From: an uncultured Jatrophihabitans sp.
GTDB taxonomy: Bacteria; Actinomycetota; Actinomycetes; Mycobacteriales; Jatrophihabitantaceae
DNA length: 64,000 nt
Direction of reading: 5' to 3'
NCBI RefSeq assembly: GCF_964251945.1
Contig: NZ_CAXULP010000006.1
Location: 29,945-93,944 of the forward strand
Part shown: positions 27,878-37,656 of the stretch, piece after piece
Numbering within the stretch: position 1 is the stretch's first letter
Layout: each line of letters starts with the position of its first letter
Notes under the pieces: generated by a model
What the model was told of the DNA's origin: nothing
The model's database searches: none
What the model saw: only the letters and a program-made list of their open reading frames with translations
Program-made: the position numbers and the translations under genes

Positions 27878-29082
27878 GCGTGCAGCCCCGTGTCCTTGGG
27901 AGATTTCAGCCCCGCTCCACACAGCGGGACCACCACGTCGGCCGCTCGCAGGTGTGGTGTCGCGGCCGCCCAGGTCGAGTTCGGCGATGCAGGTGAATCA
28001 GCTGCAGCCGCCAGCACCGCCGCCCAACAGACTGCGGACGTGGGTTCCACGAATAGGCCCTGCCGCGCGAGATCGGAGCGCGCGGCCGCCGTCTGCGGAT
28101 CCGTCACCGCTACGATGGTGCCGCCGGTCGCGCGGATGGCGGCGAGGATCTGCCGCCCGCGGGGCGGCGCCGCGATCGCGATGCCCTCGGCGATCGTGCC
28201 GGCCGCCTCGACCGGGAGCGCAGCCGTCGCGCCAAGTTCCATCGCCTGCTCGAGGGGCGAACACCCTTCCGCCTGCACGCCGATGAGCACGGGAACATGG
28301 TCGGCCAGGCCCGCCGCGACAAGCTCGTTGAATGCCAACGCGCAACCGAGGACCATCGTCCCGTTGCCGACGGGCACGACGATCGTGTCAGGCAGACGAC
28401 GCCCGGACTGCTCCCAGATCTCGTATCCGTAGGTTTTCACGCCGTGCAGGAAGTAGGGGTGATAGACGTGACTGGCATACATGACACCCGGCTCCCCCGC
28501 TGCGGCTGCCGCAGCAGCCGAGGTGTCGGCGCGCGTGCCCGGGACGAGCTCGACTGACGCTCCGTGCGCGCGCATCTGGGACAGCTTGCCGCTGGACGTG
28601 CTCGCTGGAACGTAAACGGTGCAGGCGATGTTCGCCCGGGCGAAGTACGCCGCCACCGCCGTCCCGGCGTTCCCGCTGCTGTCGACCATCGCGGCATCGA
28701 TCCCGAGCCTTTTCGCAAGGGTTGCCAACACGACGGCGCCGCGATCCTTGAACGACAACGTGGGCATGAGGAAGTCGAGTTTGAGTCGGACATTGGGGTG
28801 CCCAGCTGCCACGACGATCGGTGACATGCCTTCGCCCAGGCTGATCGTCGGATCCTGTGGAACCGGCATCGTCCCGGTGTAGCGCCACATGGTCGGCGGT
28901 TGTCGCGGGAGATCGTCGACGTCGAGGAGCACCGGAAATTGCGCGACATCCAACACGCCGCCGCATTCGTCGCATCGCCACGCCAGCTGCGCGATCGGGA
29001 ACCGTCGATCGCAACGCGCACAGACGAGATCGGGCACAGCCTGCTGCCGCCCAAGGTCGTCGGCCAGTTCTCGGCTACTCAC
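27874..29082 (-). CDS. Threonine synthase-like PLP enzyme
   Basis: PTLSFKDRG PLP lysine; SSGNAG, PVGNG and VEPTSA motifs; N-terminal Zn-ribbon cysteines. Confidence 0.88.
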   Translation of the reverse strand: MSSRELADDLGRQQAVPDLVCARCDRRFPIAQLAWRCDECGGVLDVAQFPVLLDVDDLPRQPPTMWRYTGTMPVPQDPTISLGEGMSPIVVAAGHPNVRLKLDFLMPTLSFKDRGAVVLATLAKRLGIDAAMVDSSGNAGTAVAAYFARANIACTVYVPASTSSGKLSQMRAHGASVELVPGTRADTSAAAAAAAGEPGVMYASHVYHPYFLHGVKTYGYEIWEQSGRRLPDTIVVPVGNGTMVLGCALAFNELVAAGLADHVPVLIGVQAEGCSPLEQAMELGATAALPVEAAGTIAEGIAIAAPPRGRQILAAIRATGGTIVAVTDPQTAAARSDLARQGLFVEPTSAVCWAAVLAAAADSPASPNSTWAAATPHLRAADVVVPLCGAGLKSPKDTGLHA

Positions 29083-29115
29083 AGGGGCCTCTGTCTGCGC
29101 GGGGACCTGTCGGCG

Positions 29116-31503
29116 TCAGGTCCGAGTGGTGGTCGGGGTGGCGGGGCGTGTGGGTTCGAGCAGTTGCTCTTCCAGTGTGGCGGGATCGAGTGGGCGAGAC
29201 ATGAGGAAGCCTTGAGCTTGGTTGATGTCGGCTCCGCGGAGCAGATCCATCTCCTCGGGGGTCTCCACCCCTTCGGCGAGAGTGCGCAGGCCGAGGTCTT
29301 TGCCGAGCTGAACGAGGGTGCCGACGAGCGCCTTGGATTCAGGCGAGGTGGTGATCGCGTTGGTGAACACCCGATCGATCTTCAGGCAGTCGACCGGAAA
29401 CTGGCGAAGATAGGCCAGGGACGAGTAGCCGGCGCCGAAGTCATCGACCGCGATCCTGACGCCGAGCGCTTTGATTGCGTTCAATCGACGGGCAGTCGCT
29501 TCCACGCCGTGCATGAGCGTTGCTTCGGTGACCTCGATGATCAGTGATGTTGCCGGCAAGGCGCTGACCGCCAAGGCGGCGCGGACGTCGGCGATGATGC
29601 TGTCGTCGTCGAGTTGGCGACCGGAGACATTGACCGAGATGTCGAGGATGTCGCCCCTTGCGTGCCAGGCGGCCATCTGCCGGCAGGCGTGTTGCAGGAC
29701 CCAGCCGCCGACCTCGCGGATCTGTCCGGTCTGCTCGAGGATCGGTATGAACTCGTCCGGAGAGATCAGCCCGCGGGTCGGATGGTCCCAGCGTAGGAGC
29801 GCTTCGACACCGACGACGGTGAGGTCCTCGAGGTTGTAGATCGGCTGGTAGACGAGCCGGTATTCCTGCCGATTCAGGGCTGACCGGAGGTCGAATTCCA
29901 GATCGGTTCGGCGGCTGATCCTGGTTTGCATGAGCGGGTCGAAGACTTCGTAGCGGTTCTTGCCGGCCGCTTTGGCCTGGTAGAGCGCGATATCGGCATC
30001 CCGGAGCAGTTCCCCGGCGCTGTCGCGATCGCCGCTGGCGATACCGATGCTGATGTTGACTGACAGCGGCATGGTCGTGCTGTCGAGTTCGAAGGGTTGG
30101 CGCATCACCTCGAGGAGGCGTTCAGCGACCAGTTCGGGGGCGACGTCCACGGAGGCGCCGTCGATGAGCACGACGAACTCGTCACCGCCCATCCGAGCGA
30201 TCGTGTCCGCGTCGCGCAGAGTGCTCGCGAGGCGGGCCGCGACCGCGATCAGGAGCCGGTCGCCGGCGCCGTGGCCGAGAGTGTCGTTGACGTTCTTGAA
30301 GTCGTCTAGATCGAGGAAGAGGAGGGCCCCGGTGGTGTGGTGGCGGCGGTCCCAGACCAGCATCTGCGCGATGCGGTCCATCAGCAGCGCCCGGTTCGGC
30401 AGTCCAGTCAAAGCGTCGTGCAGGGCTTGGTGATGCAATTGGCCGGTCCGCTGCTCCAACTGGCGCCGGGCGCGCTCGCGGCCGGTGCCCAACACAAACA
30501 TCAACAGACCCAGGAGCGCGCTGAGCGCGATCCCGGCGAGCAACACGGCGAGCGCGTCGCCGGTCGTGATCGCGCCGCGACTGACGACGCCGAAGGACTG
30601 CACGGTCCACCCGTTGTGCAGGTCGATCGTCGCCGATCGCGCGCCGGCCGCCACGGCGCCGTGGGTGAACGCGACGTCCTGGGCGCCGACGTGATATCGC
30701 ATCGCCACTGACAGGCCACGCTGATCTCGTAGGGCCCGAATCAGTAACACTGCCGGATCGACCGAGGTGCCGACCCAGCCGACGAACGCTGCCCGGCGGC
30801 CGGCGACCGTGGCCGGCTGCACGCCGCCGCGATAGATCGGAGTCTGGATCGAGAGCAACGTCCGCCCACCGACCGTGTAAGGCAAGTAGTCGCCCTGGCC
30901 GGAGTCGCGAGCAGCAATGAGCGGAATGTCATTCGCCGGGTCGGCGCAATAATCCAAGCCCGCCGGGGTCGCCGTCGCCGAGGCGCGGGTGACACCAGCC
31001 GACGCCAGGCAGTAGAAGGGCCGGGCGCCGGCCGGCACGACCGCGAAGGTGCCGTCCACCGCCAGCGTTCCCGCCGGATCGGCCACCGCCCGCGCCGCGA
31101 ACGCAGGCAGCGCCGCGGCGTCAACCAGCACCACCGTTCCGATGCCGGTCATCTCGGGGTAGCGGTCGAACATCCGGGCGGCACTCGCCCACTCGTCGAA
31201 CTCTGTCTTCGTCAGGTTCGGATTGGCGAGGAGCCCACCCGCGTCGGCGACGATGTCGTTGTCGTGCTCGATGGCGAGCTGCAGCGTCGAGGCGACGCTC
31301 GCCGACGACTTCTGAAACGACTTCAGCGACTCGTCAGCGTTACTGCGCCTCACCGCACCTGCCGCCAATACGGAAGCGACTGCGCCACACCCAATCAGCA
31401 CTGCGGTCGCCACTACCCACGCGGAGTGCCGACGCGACCGCCCACCGGCAGTCGGCCGTCCGCGAGTGACGTCGGTCAGAGAATCTTCGTCACGCTTGAC
31501 CAT
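29116..31503 (-). CDS. Membrane sensor (CHASE-like) GGDEF-EAL c-di-GMP enzyme
   Basis: Two TM helices flank the sensor domain; intact GGDEF, EAL and DDFGAGYSS motifs. Confidence 0.92.
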   Translation of the reverse strand: MVKRDEDSLTDVTRGRPTAGGRSRRHSAWVVATAVLIGCGAVASVLAAGAVRRSNADESLKSFQKSSASVASTLQLAIEHDNDIVADAGGLLANPNLTKTEFDEWASAARMFDRYPEMTGIGTVVLVDAAALPAFAARAVADPAGTLAVDGTFAVVPAGARPFYCLASAGVTRASATATPAGLDYCADPANDIPLIAARDSGQGDYLPYTVGGRTLLSIQTPIYRGGVQPATVAGRRAAFVGWVGTSVDPAVLLIRALRDQRGLSVAMRYHVGAQDVAFTHGAVAAGARSATIDLHNGWTVQSFGVVSRGAITTGDALAVLLAGIALSALLGLLMFVLGTGRERARRQLEQRTGQLHHQALHDALTGLPNRALLMDRIAQMLVWDRRHHTTGALLFLDLDDFKNVNDTLGHGAGDRLLIAVAARLASTLRDADTIARMGGDEFVVLIDGASVDVAPELVAERLLEVMRQPFELDSTTMPLSVNISIGIASGDRDSAGELLRDADIALYQAKAAGKNRYEVFDPLMQTRISRRTDLEFDLRSALNRQEYRLVYQPIYNLEDLTVVGVEALLRWDHPTRGLISPDEFIPILEQTGQIREVGGWVLQHACRQMAAWHARGDILDISVNVSGRQLDDDSIIADVRAALAVSALPATSLIIEVTEATLMHGVEATARRLNAIKALGVRIAVDDFGAGYSSLAYLRQFPVDCLKIDRVFTNAITTSPESKALVGTLVQLGKDLGLRTLAEGVETPEEMDLLRGADINQAQGFLMSRPLDPATLEEQLLEPTRPATPTTTRT

Positions 31504-32020
31504 CGAATGCTCCGAACCCAGGCAGCTAAGCCCAAACGGACTGCACTACTTGCGACGGCGGAGACTCGGTGTCGCTGACTGGCGCCCCGTGGTCGACGTC
31601 GTCTGCCGTCCACCACAACCGTCAACGTGTGATCGCCGTGAAGTGTCAACCTATCACAGATAGCGAGATATTGAACACGCAGAGTAACCATCTCGGCCCG
31701 CGGCCGGCGGGGCCGGCGTCATCCGCCCGATTGCCTACTAAGTAGGTAGACAACATTGACAATGTTGCGTCCCTCGGTGAGACTGACCGCTGTGAGATCG
31801 AATGCGCTCGTCGCGAGACACCCCATCAACTTGATGCGCGCCTGCGGCGCGGTCTGTCCCCGCTGAGCGCTCGGCTCCGCCGCCACACGGCCAGATCGCA
31901 CTGATCGCCGGGTCACGACCGCGGCCCGACTGACACGCGTGCCTCTCCCCCGAACGGTCCTGTCGGCTGATATCCGCCGTCTCACCCCGTCTGTGCTCAC
32001 CTACGTTTGGAAGCTCTGCC

Positions 32021-32716
32021 ATGACTACCGATACCTCTTCGCCAACACCGGCCGGGTCGGCGCGTGCGGCGTCTGGCTACAACCTGGCCCGGTCCGGCAA
32101 GACCCAGTCCGGGGTGCACATTGCCGACCTCGACGACCACCGTCTCCGTCGCGTCAGGACACAACCTCTCGGCCCGGGTGAGATCGTCGACGCCCAGAGG
32201 CTGGCGGTGACCGTCCTCGTGTTCGCGGGATCCCCCGATCAGGAGTGGCTTCGCGAGTTTGCGGCGACGCATTTGCTCAGCTCGACCGAGCTCCCCCGCC
32301 TCGAGCAGCCGGGCCGCATCTCCGCAGACCCGGCTAGCGAGCCGGCCGATGCCCAGCGCGGCTCGATGGACTGCTTGACGGTGGGGGAGCTGCGGATGGA
32401 CCTCGACCAAATGCGGGTCCAACTCGCTGGCCAGCCGATCACGCTGAGGCGACGGGAGTTTCTCCTGCTGAAGGCGTTCATGGAGCACCCGGGTCGCGTG
32501 CTCAGCCGTGAGCAGCTGCTCGAGCAGGCCTGGGGCGACAGCGATTGGAAGGGCGATCGCACCGTAGATGTGCACGTACGGCGAGTACGAGTCAAGCTCG
32601 GCGAGCGGGCGCCGCAGATCACGACGGTGCGCGGCTTCGGGTACCGCTTCGAGCCGTGCGAGGACAAACCGACACCGCCCATGACCGCAGCCCGCGGTCG
32701 ACCACGACTTCGGTAG
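32021..32716 (+). CDS. Winged-helix (OmpR-type C-terminal) regulator without a canonical receiver domain
   Basis: REFLLL...SREQLLEQAWG...RTVDVHVRRVRVKLG...TVRGFGYRF. Confidence 0.85.
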   Translation: MTTDTSSPTPAGSARAASGYNLARSGKTQSGVHIADLDDHRLRRVRTQPLGPGEIVDAQRLAVTVLVFAGSPDQEWLREFAATHLLSSTELPRLEQPGRISADPASEPADAQRGSMDCLTVGELRMDLDQMRVQLAGQPITLRRREFLLLKAFMEHPGRVLSREQLLEQAWGDSDWKGDRTVDVHVRRVRVKLGERAPQITTVRGFGYRFEPCEDKPTPPMTAARGRPRLR

Positions 32717-32718
32717 TC

Positions 32719-33042
32719 GTGATCGACTCGAATCCTCGGCGCCAACTCACCACGCGACGCGGCATACTCGCGTTGCACGATGAAACGCTGCGCAGTTTCG
32801 GCAAGGGGTCGGAGGAGTCGGTGGTGATCGGCTCAACCGAGCACGCCGACGCACAGCTGCTGCCCTATCTCGCGAACCAGCTGGCCGGCGTGCGGGCGGC
32901 GGTCGGCGCCGGGCAGGGCGTCGCCTGGCTGGCGACGCAGGGCCAGACGCCGGAGGGCCTGATTGCCCGCGACGATCTTCCCGCGCCGGAGCCGCTCGGG
33001 CTGCGCCGCGTCCCGGACCGCGAACTCGCCAAGGGGGCGTGA
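32719..33042 (+). pseudogene. Truncated, internally deleted LysR regulator remnant
   Basis: ILALHDETLRSF...IGSTEH...LLP is joined directly to LAGVRAAVGAGQGVA...GL...LP; no HTH. Confidence 0.6.
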
Positions 33043-33046
33043 ACCG

Positions 33047-33583
33047 ATGTCCGCCATCCACGTCCCCGCCGGGGGCTCTGACCCGGGACTGGTCCGCACG
33101 CCGAGCGGGGTCCTGCTCCCGGCCGACATCGACGCCTTCCACCGGCGGCTGCACCACGTCGCCCCGAGCGGACTGATCGGCCAGACCACCCAGACGTCGG
33201 GCATGCGACGCCTCGAGGCGATCAGTGGCAAGACCGTGGGCGCGGCCAAGCTCTGGATGGGGCAGACGCACGTCCCGGGCTCGACCAACTCCGGCAACCA
33301 CCATCACGGGGCGTCGGAGACCGCGATCTACGTCGTGTCTGGTGCGCCGGTGTTCGTCTTTCTCGACGTCGACGGCGACGAGCCGGTCGAGACCCGCGTG
33401 CAGACCGCGCCCGGCGACTACGTGTTCGTCCCGCCGTTCGTCCCGCATCGCGAGGAGAACCCCGATCCCGACGTCGAAGCGGTAGTCGTCATCGCGCGGA
33501 CCACCCAGGAGGCGATCGTGGTCAACCTGGCCGGCCTGGACTGGTCCGCGGTCCGCATTGGCCAGCCGGCCGACACGGCCTAG
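33047..33583 (+). CDS. Cupin domain protein
   Basis: HHHGASETAIYV and PGDYVFVPPFVPHREEN motifs. Confidence 0.9.
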   Translation: MSAIHVPAGGSDPGLVRTPSGVLLPADIDAFHRRLHHVAPSGLIGQTTQTSGMRRLEAISGKTVGAAKLWMGQTHVPGSTNSGNHHHGASETAIYVVSGAPVFVFLDVDGDEPVETRVQTAPGDYVFVPPFVPHREENPDPDVEAVVVIARTTQEAIVVNLAGLDWSAVRIGQPADTA

Positions 33584-33671
33584 GCGACCGCGCACGCCGC
33601 TGGGCGTCGTTCAGCCGATGTCGACCTTGTCGCCAGCGCGGGTACGGACCGCTCGCCCCGGGCCGGCGAGC

Positions 33672-34007
33672 TCAGCCGCTGCGGGCGGCGTTGCCGCCGA
33701 CGATCTCGTAGGACCACAACTCGCTGTGCACGCCGACCGGCGGCGGCGCATCGCCCCCCGAGCGCTCCTGCGCTGATCGGTGGCCGTGGGCGAAGGCTGG
33801 CGAGTTGACCCAGGCTTGGAAGGATTCGTCGTCACGCCAGCGGGTCACGACCAGCCAAGCGGTCCGCTCGTCCGTCGGCTTGAGCAACTCGAAGCCCTCG
33901 AACCCGTCCTGGTCGTCGATTGCGCCGGCGCGAGCGGCGAACCGATGGGCGAGCTCGTCGCCGCTGGCGGCGGGCACGGTGATTGCGTTGATCCTGATGA
34001 CCGTCAT
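33672..34007 (-). CDS. Antibiotic biosynthesis monooxygenase family protein (MhuD/IsdG-like)
   Basis: IRINAITVP, RFAARAG, GFEGFELL, TRW, FAHGH motifs. Confidence 0.88.
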   Translation of the reverse strand: MTVIRINAITVPAASGDELAHRFAARAGAIDDQDGFEGFELLKPTDERTAWLVVTRWRDDESFQAWVNSPAFAHGHRSAQERSGGDAPPPVGVHSELWSYEIVGGNAARSG

Positions 34008-34207
34008 GAGGTCAACGATCCCAGCTGCCCGCGCACGCGGCCCAAATGCCCGTTTTGAATCTTGGGCACATTCAATCTCTACTTTAGGTTTATCTTGCCC
34101 TCATATGCGGAAACCTATGTGCATATCGGTGCGCAGTTCCCCCCGAGCTGTTAGCCGGTCAACTCACTCGTAAGGCGCTCGGCGAGAGCGGGGGCTCAGG
34201 CGAGCCG

Positions 34208-34251
34208 GAGAGTGCGGGCGGCAGCGGCGCTGGTCGCTGCCGCCCGCTCTC
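34208..34251. repeat. Strong inverted repeat (13-bp perfect stem)
   Basis: GCGGGCGGCAGCG (34214-34226) / CGCTGCCGCCCGC (34235-34247), extended by GAGA/TCTC across a GT bulge. Confidence 0.85.
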
Positions 34252-34706
34252 AGTTGCAGCGAACGCACTGCGGTTACCGCGATCGACGCGTTTACGGGTC
34301 GCACCGCGGGTCGCGCTAGGTCTACACGCACCTGTTGCGCGAACGCTGCAAGGAGGGCCGGGGCCGGTTTGGCGACGTCCTGCGCGCGGACGCGGAGACG
34401 AACTTGGCCGTCTACGGCGTCGGCGGCCTGTCCGTCTGGGTCCCCGCCGACGCCGCGGGCGAGGAGGCGCTGCTCGCGACCAAGCTGCTCTCGCGCATCG
34501 CGCCGCCGGCCGAAGGCACGACTGTTCGAGCGATACGACAGGGATCCCGCAGCGCTCGTCTGCGGGGTCGACGGCACACACGGCGCGAGAATCCCCGGCC
34601 GGTCATGCTCCGGTCGCGGATGCGCTTGTGCCGACGCTGTTCACGGGCGTTCGCCGTAGGTCTCGAATCGTGATCCGCAGTCGTTGCGCGATGGCAGGAT
34701 GCCGGC

Positions 34707-35492
34707 ATGGTCATCTACGACACCATCGGCCGGTCGTATCGGGCCACTCGGCGTCCTGATCCTCGGATTGCCGCTGCGATCTTCGAAGCCATTGGCGAGG
34801 TGGGCACCGTCGTCAACGTGGGAGCAGGATCCGGGTCATACGAGCCGCCAGAGACCGTGGTTGCGGTGGAGCCCAGCACGGTGATGATCGACCAGCGCCC
34901 CGCAGGGAGCGCACCGGTCGTGCAAGCCGTCGCCGAAGCGATACCGCTCGCCGATCAGTCCGTCGACGCCGCGTTGGCTGTGCTGACCGTGCATCACTGG
35001 ACTGATGTCGCCGCCGGTGTCGCCGAGATGCGGCGCGTAGCCCGCAAACGGTTGGTGTTCTTCACCTGGTGGCCAGAACGCGTCGCGCAGTTCTGGCTGC
35101 TGGAGGAGTACTTGCCTGAGGTGGCAAAGACCGACGCAGCGCAGGCGGTCCCGATTGAGGTCCTGACCGGGCTGCTGTCCGACGCTCACCTCACGATTCG
35201 TCCTGTGCCGGTGCCTCACGACTGCATCGACGGTTTTGGTGCCGCGTTCTGGCGCCGGCCCGAGGCTTACCTCGATCCTCATGTGCAAGCCGGGATATCA
35301 ATGCTCGCCAAGACCGACCCGTACTCACTGCGCCCCGGCCTGGCCATGCTTGCCGAAGATCTCCGAACCGGCCGCTGGCGGGACCAACACGCGGAGTTAC
35401 TCCAACTCGAGGCCCTCGACGTCGGCATGGCCACCGTGTCGGTCGACCTACAAGGGCCACGCAGACCAGGGCCGTCGCCGGAGGTCGAGTAG
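34707..35492 (+). CDS. Class I SAM-dependent methyltransferase
   Basis: YDTIG..Y...RRPDPRI, NVGAGSGSYEP, HHW and DCIDGF...WRRPEAYLD motifs. Confidence 0.9.
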   Translation: MVIYDTIGRSYRATRRPDPRIAAAIFEAIGEVGTVVNVGAGSGSYEPPETVVAVEPSTVMIDQRPAGSAPVVQAVAEAIPLADQSVDAALAVLTVHHWTDVAAGVAEMRRVARKRLVFFTWWPERVAQFWLLEEYLPEVAKTDAAQAVPIEVLTGLLSDAHLTIRPVPVPHDCIDGFGAAFWRRPEAYLDPHVQAGISMLAKTDPYSLRPGLAMLAEDLRTGRWRDQHAELLQLEALDVGMATVSVDLQGPRRPGPSPEVE

Positions 35493-35564
35493 CCGAGTCA
35501 AGGCCCGATCGCCCGGTGATGGATCCCTTGACGCAGCGGCTCGATACTCACGCGCGTTGGCCAG

Positions 35565-35718
35565 AGACGCATGTCCAGGACCATCGCTCGCTACGGACGG
35601 GTCGATCTCCTGATTTGTGACAAGCTCGGCTACCTCGAGCTCGACCGCCGTCGGCCGAGTTGCTGTTCCAGGTCCCGATCCGAGCGGGAGGAGGAGTCGG
35701 CCCATCGCGATCGCTTCT
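35565..35718 (+). mobile_element. istB: IS21-family IstB ATPase remnant (frameshifted)
   Basis: Reads TIARYGRVDLLICDKLGYLELDRR / AELLFQV / EREE / IAIAS across frameshifts (Walker B region of IstB). Confidence 0.8.
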
Positions 35719-35719
35719 T

Positions 35720-36034
35720 TCACACCACCCAAGCTGGGTAGCAAGACCACCATGAGGCGAGACCACCGGCCGGGCCGCCTGGCCGGTTCGATGAGCGTCG
35801 CGCTCGGCCCACGCAGTCCTTGCCGCGCTTGTAACGCGCGATGGCGGCGCTTCCCGAAATCAAGGTAATCGCAAGCACCAAGAATCCACACAGCCAAAGG
35901 AAGACTCCTCGCCCGCCCAAGAGAAATCCCACGATGATCATCACCGCCCCGATGGCAAGACCACTAGCAATCAGCTTGTATAACTGAACGACTGGCGGCC
36001 GAGGTACACGATCACTTGCATCCGGCCGCGCCAT
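35720..36034 (-). CDS. Small two-TM hypothetical protein, lower GC
   Basis: LIASGLAIGAVMIIVGFLLGG and VFLWLCGFLVLAITLISG segments; the C-terminal tail may be read-through. Confidence 0.5.
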   Translation of the reverse strand: MARPDASDRVPRPPVVQLYKLIASGLAIGAVMIIVGFLLGGRGVFLWLCGFLVLAITLISGSAAIARYKRGKDCVGRARRSSNRPGGPAGGLASWWSCYPAWVV

Positions 36035-36458
36035 CAGCCCCAATCTCCGTTCGCACCAAGACGCTCGCTGAATTCCAGGACCGTGACTGTGAAGTGAATA
36101 CCTGGGCGCTGGGAAATCGCCGCTCGCTCGATCAAGGTCGTCTGACCGCATACAAGGCAGGACGCGTTGATCGTCCGAAACCGTCGGCCGCGCACCCAGC
36201 AAGCATGCACCACGGGCTGCTAGCAGCCCGCCGTACAGCACGCAGAGCATCGGCGTGCCGCTTTCACGGGCGCTCATAGCCGCGGAACGGCTCTACACAC
36301 TCATGCCGCGTGCGGAACGCTCCCGGTCCTTCCGCGTCACGGATGCCGCGCCCGGCACCATCGAACGAGTCGACGCCGCTCGCCACCGCAGCAAGGGATG
36401 CTCCGGGAGCGCCCACGATGAGTCTCCCATTGGCTCGCAACTAGCAAGATCGAACAAC

Positions 36459-36503
36459 CGTTTCTGCCGCGAACCGGGCGACTCTGCCGATGAGCGTGCG
36501 TCG
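36459..36503. repeat. Intergenic repeat, copy A
   Basis: 36466-36503 matches 37665-37702 at 36 of 38 positions. Confidence 0.9.
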
Positions 36504-36537
36504 TCGGCGGCAGGACGCTGTCTAGGGCTGCCAGCGC

Positions 36538-36681
36538 TCAGCCGAGGGCCCTCCCCACCATTGCGACGAGGAGAAAGAGCAAGCCGAGCAATATCGCGGC
36601 CGCGATTGGCACGCTGATCACGAAGGCGACGATCCAGGCGCGCGCGTTACCGCGAAAGGACGGTCGGTCATCAGTGCCCAC
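36538..36681 (-). CDS. 47-aa single-TM small protein (not in the ORF track)
   Basis: MGTDDRPSFRGNARAWIVAFVISVPIAAAILLGLLFLLVAMVGRALG; TAACGT hexamer 6 nt before GTG (leaderless pattern). Confidence 0.6.
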   Translation of the reverse strand: MGTDDRPSFRGNARAWIVAFVISVPIAAAILLGLLFLLVAMVGRALG

Positions 36682-37054
36682 GGGCTGACGTTACGGGTCG
36701 AGCCGTCGAGACCAATGATCTTCGTGTGATTCGTGACGAGGTCGATCGTCCCAGGTTGAGCTCTGCCGCGCTCTCTATGCCGCGTTGAGCGCTGCCGCGC
36801 TGTCATGCCGCAGATCGCTTGGTCCCGGGGTCCCGAGATGCTGATGAGCGCGGCCCGCGCGACCGTGTCGATGGAGCGGCTGTTCGTTAGAACTGCTCTT
36901 AGGAAACCGATCTGCGCTATACGGTCACGGCGTGGACCGTGTCGGCTGGACTGCATCAGTGACGAGCTGGTGCGGGCTTAGAGTCTTCACGGCTCGGTGG
37001 GCAGTTCAGTCCCGATGGCGACGGATCCGCGGCCGGTCCGGCGAATTCCGAGAA

Positions 37055-37627
37055 GTGGAGATCAGTCCTCGAGCGCTGCACCTCACGCAGCTCTGGGAGA
37101 CGAGATTCGGGCAATTGAATCCGGGTTGGCCGTTTCGTGGCCTCGATTCGGACCGTTGGGTTCGGTTTCACAGCCTGCCGGGCTCGAAGCGGTACGCCGA
37201 CACCGACGACGAGCACCAAGAGGTCCTACGTCGTCACCGCACCGTCCTAAACGAATTGCTCGCCCACCAACCCGTCGAGACCCTGATCGTCATCGGCACG
37301 GACTGGGATCATCGCGACCTGATGTCCGGGAAAACCAAACAATCCATGCCGGGTGCGTGGCCGTGGCGGCAGCTGCCAGAGGACGAGTACTGGGAACGCG
37401 TCAGGTACATCTGGGTCACGTCTGGGCTCGCGAGCGAGGTACTGGACCGGCTGCTCGCTAGCGTCGCCGACGATCGCGCGAAGGCCATCATCAGCGACGC
37501 GGAACTCTCGTGGATCTACGCGCCCTACGACAGCGGCGCTGACGTATGGCTCGAAACCCGCTTCGAACGGGACCTCCTTCGAGATCGCCACGAGGACTGG
37601 CTCTCCTCACGCCAAGACGGCTTGTGA
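37055..37627 (+). CDS. DUF3885-like hypothetical protein
   Basis: DRWVRFHSLPGSKRYA, VADD, APYDSGADV and WLS...GL motifs; start could be as early as 36932. Confidence 0.75.
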   Translation: MEISPRALHLTQLWETRFGQLNPGWPFRGLDSDRWVRFHSLPGSKRYADTDDEHQEVLRRHRTVLNELLAHQPVETLIVIGTDWDHRDLMSGKTKQSMPGAWPWRQLPEDEYWERVRYIWVTSGLASEVLDRLLASVADDRAKAIISDAELSWIYAPYDSGADVWLETRFERDLLRDRHEDWLSSRQDGL

Positions 37628-37656
37628 TCAGCTGGCGGGACGGCTACGGCACCGAC

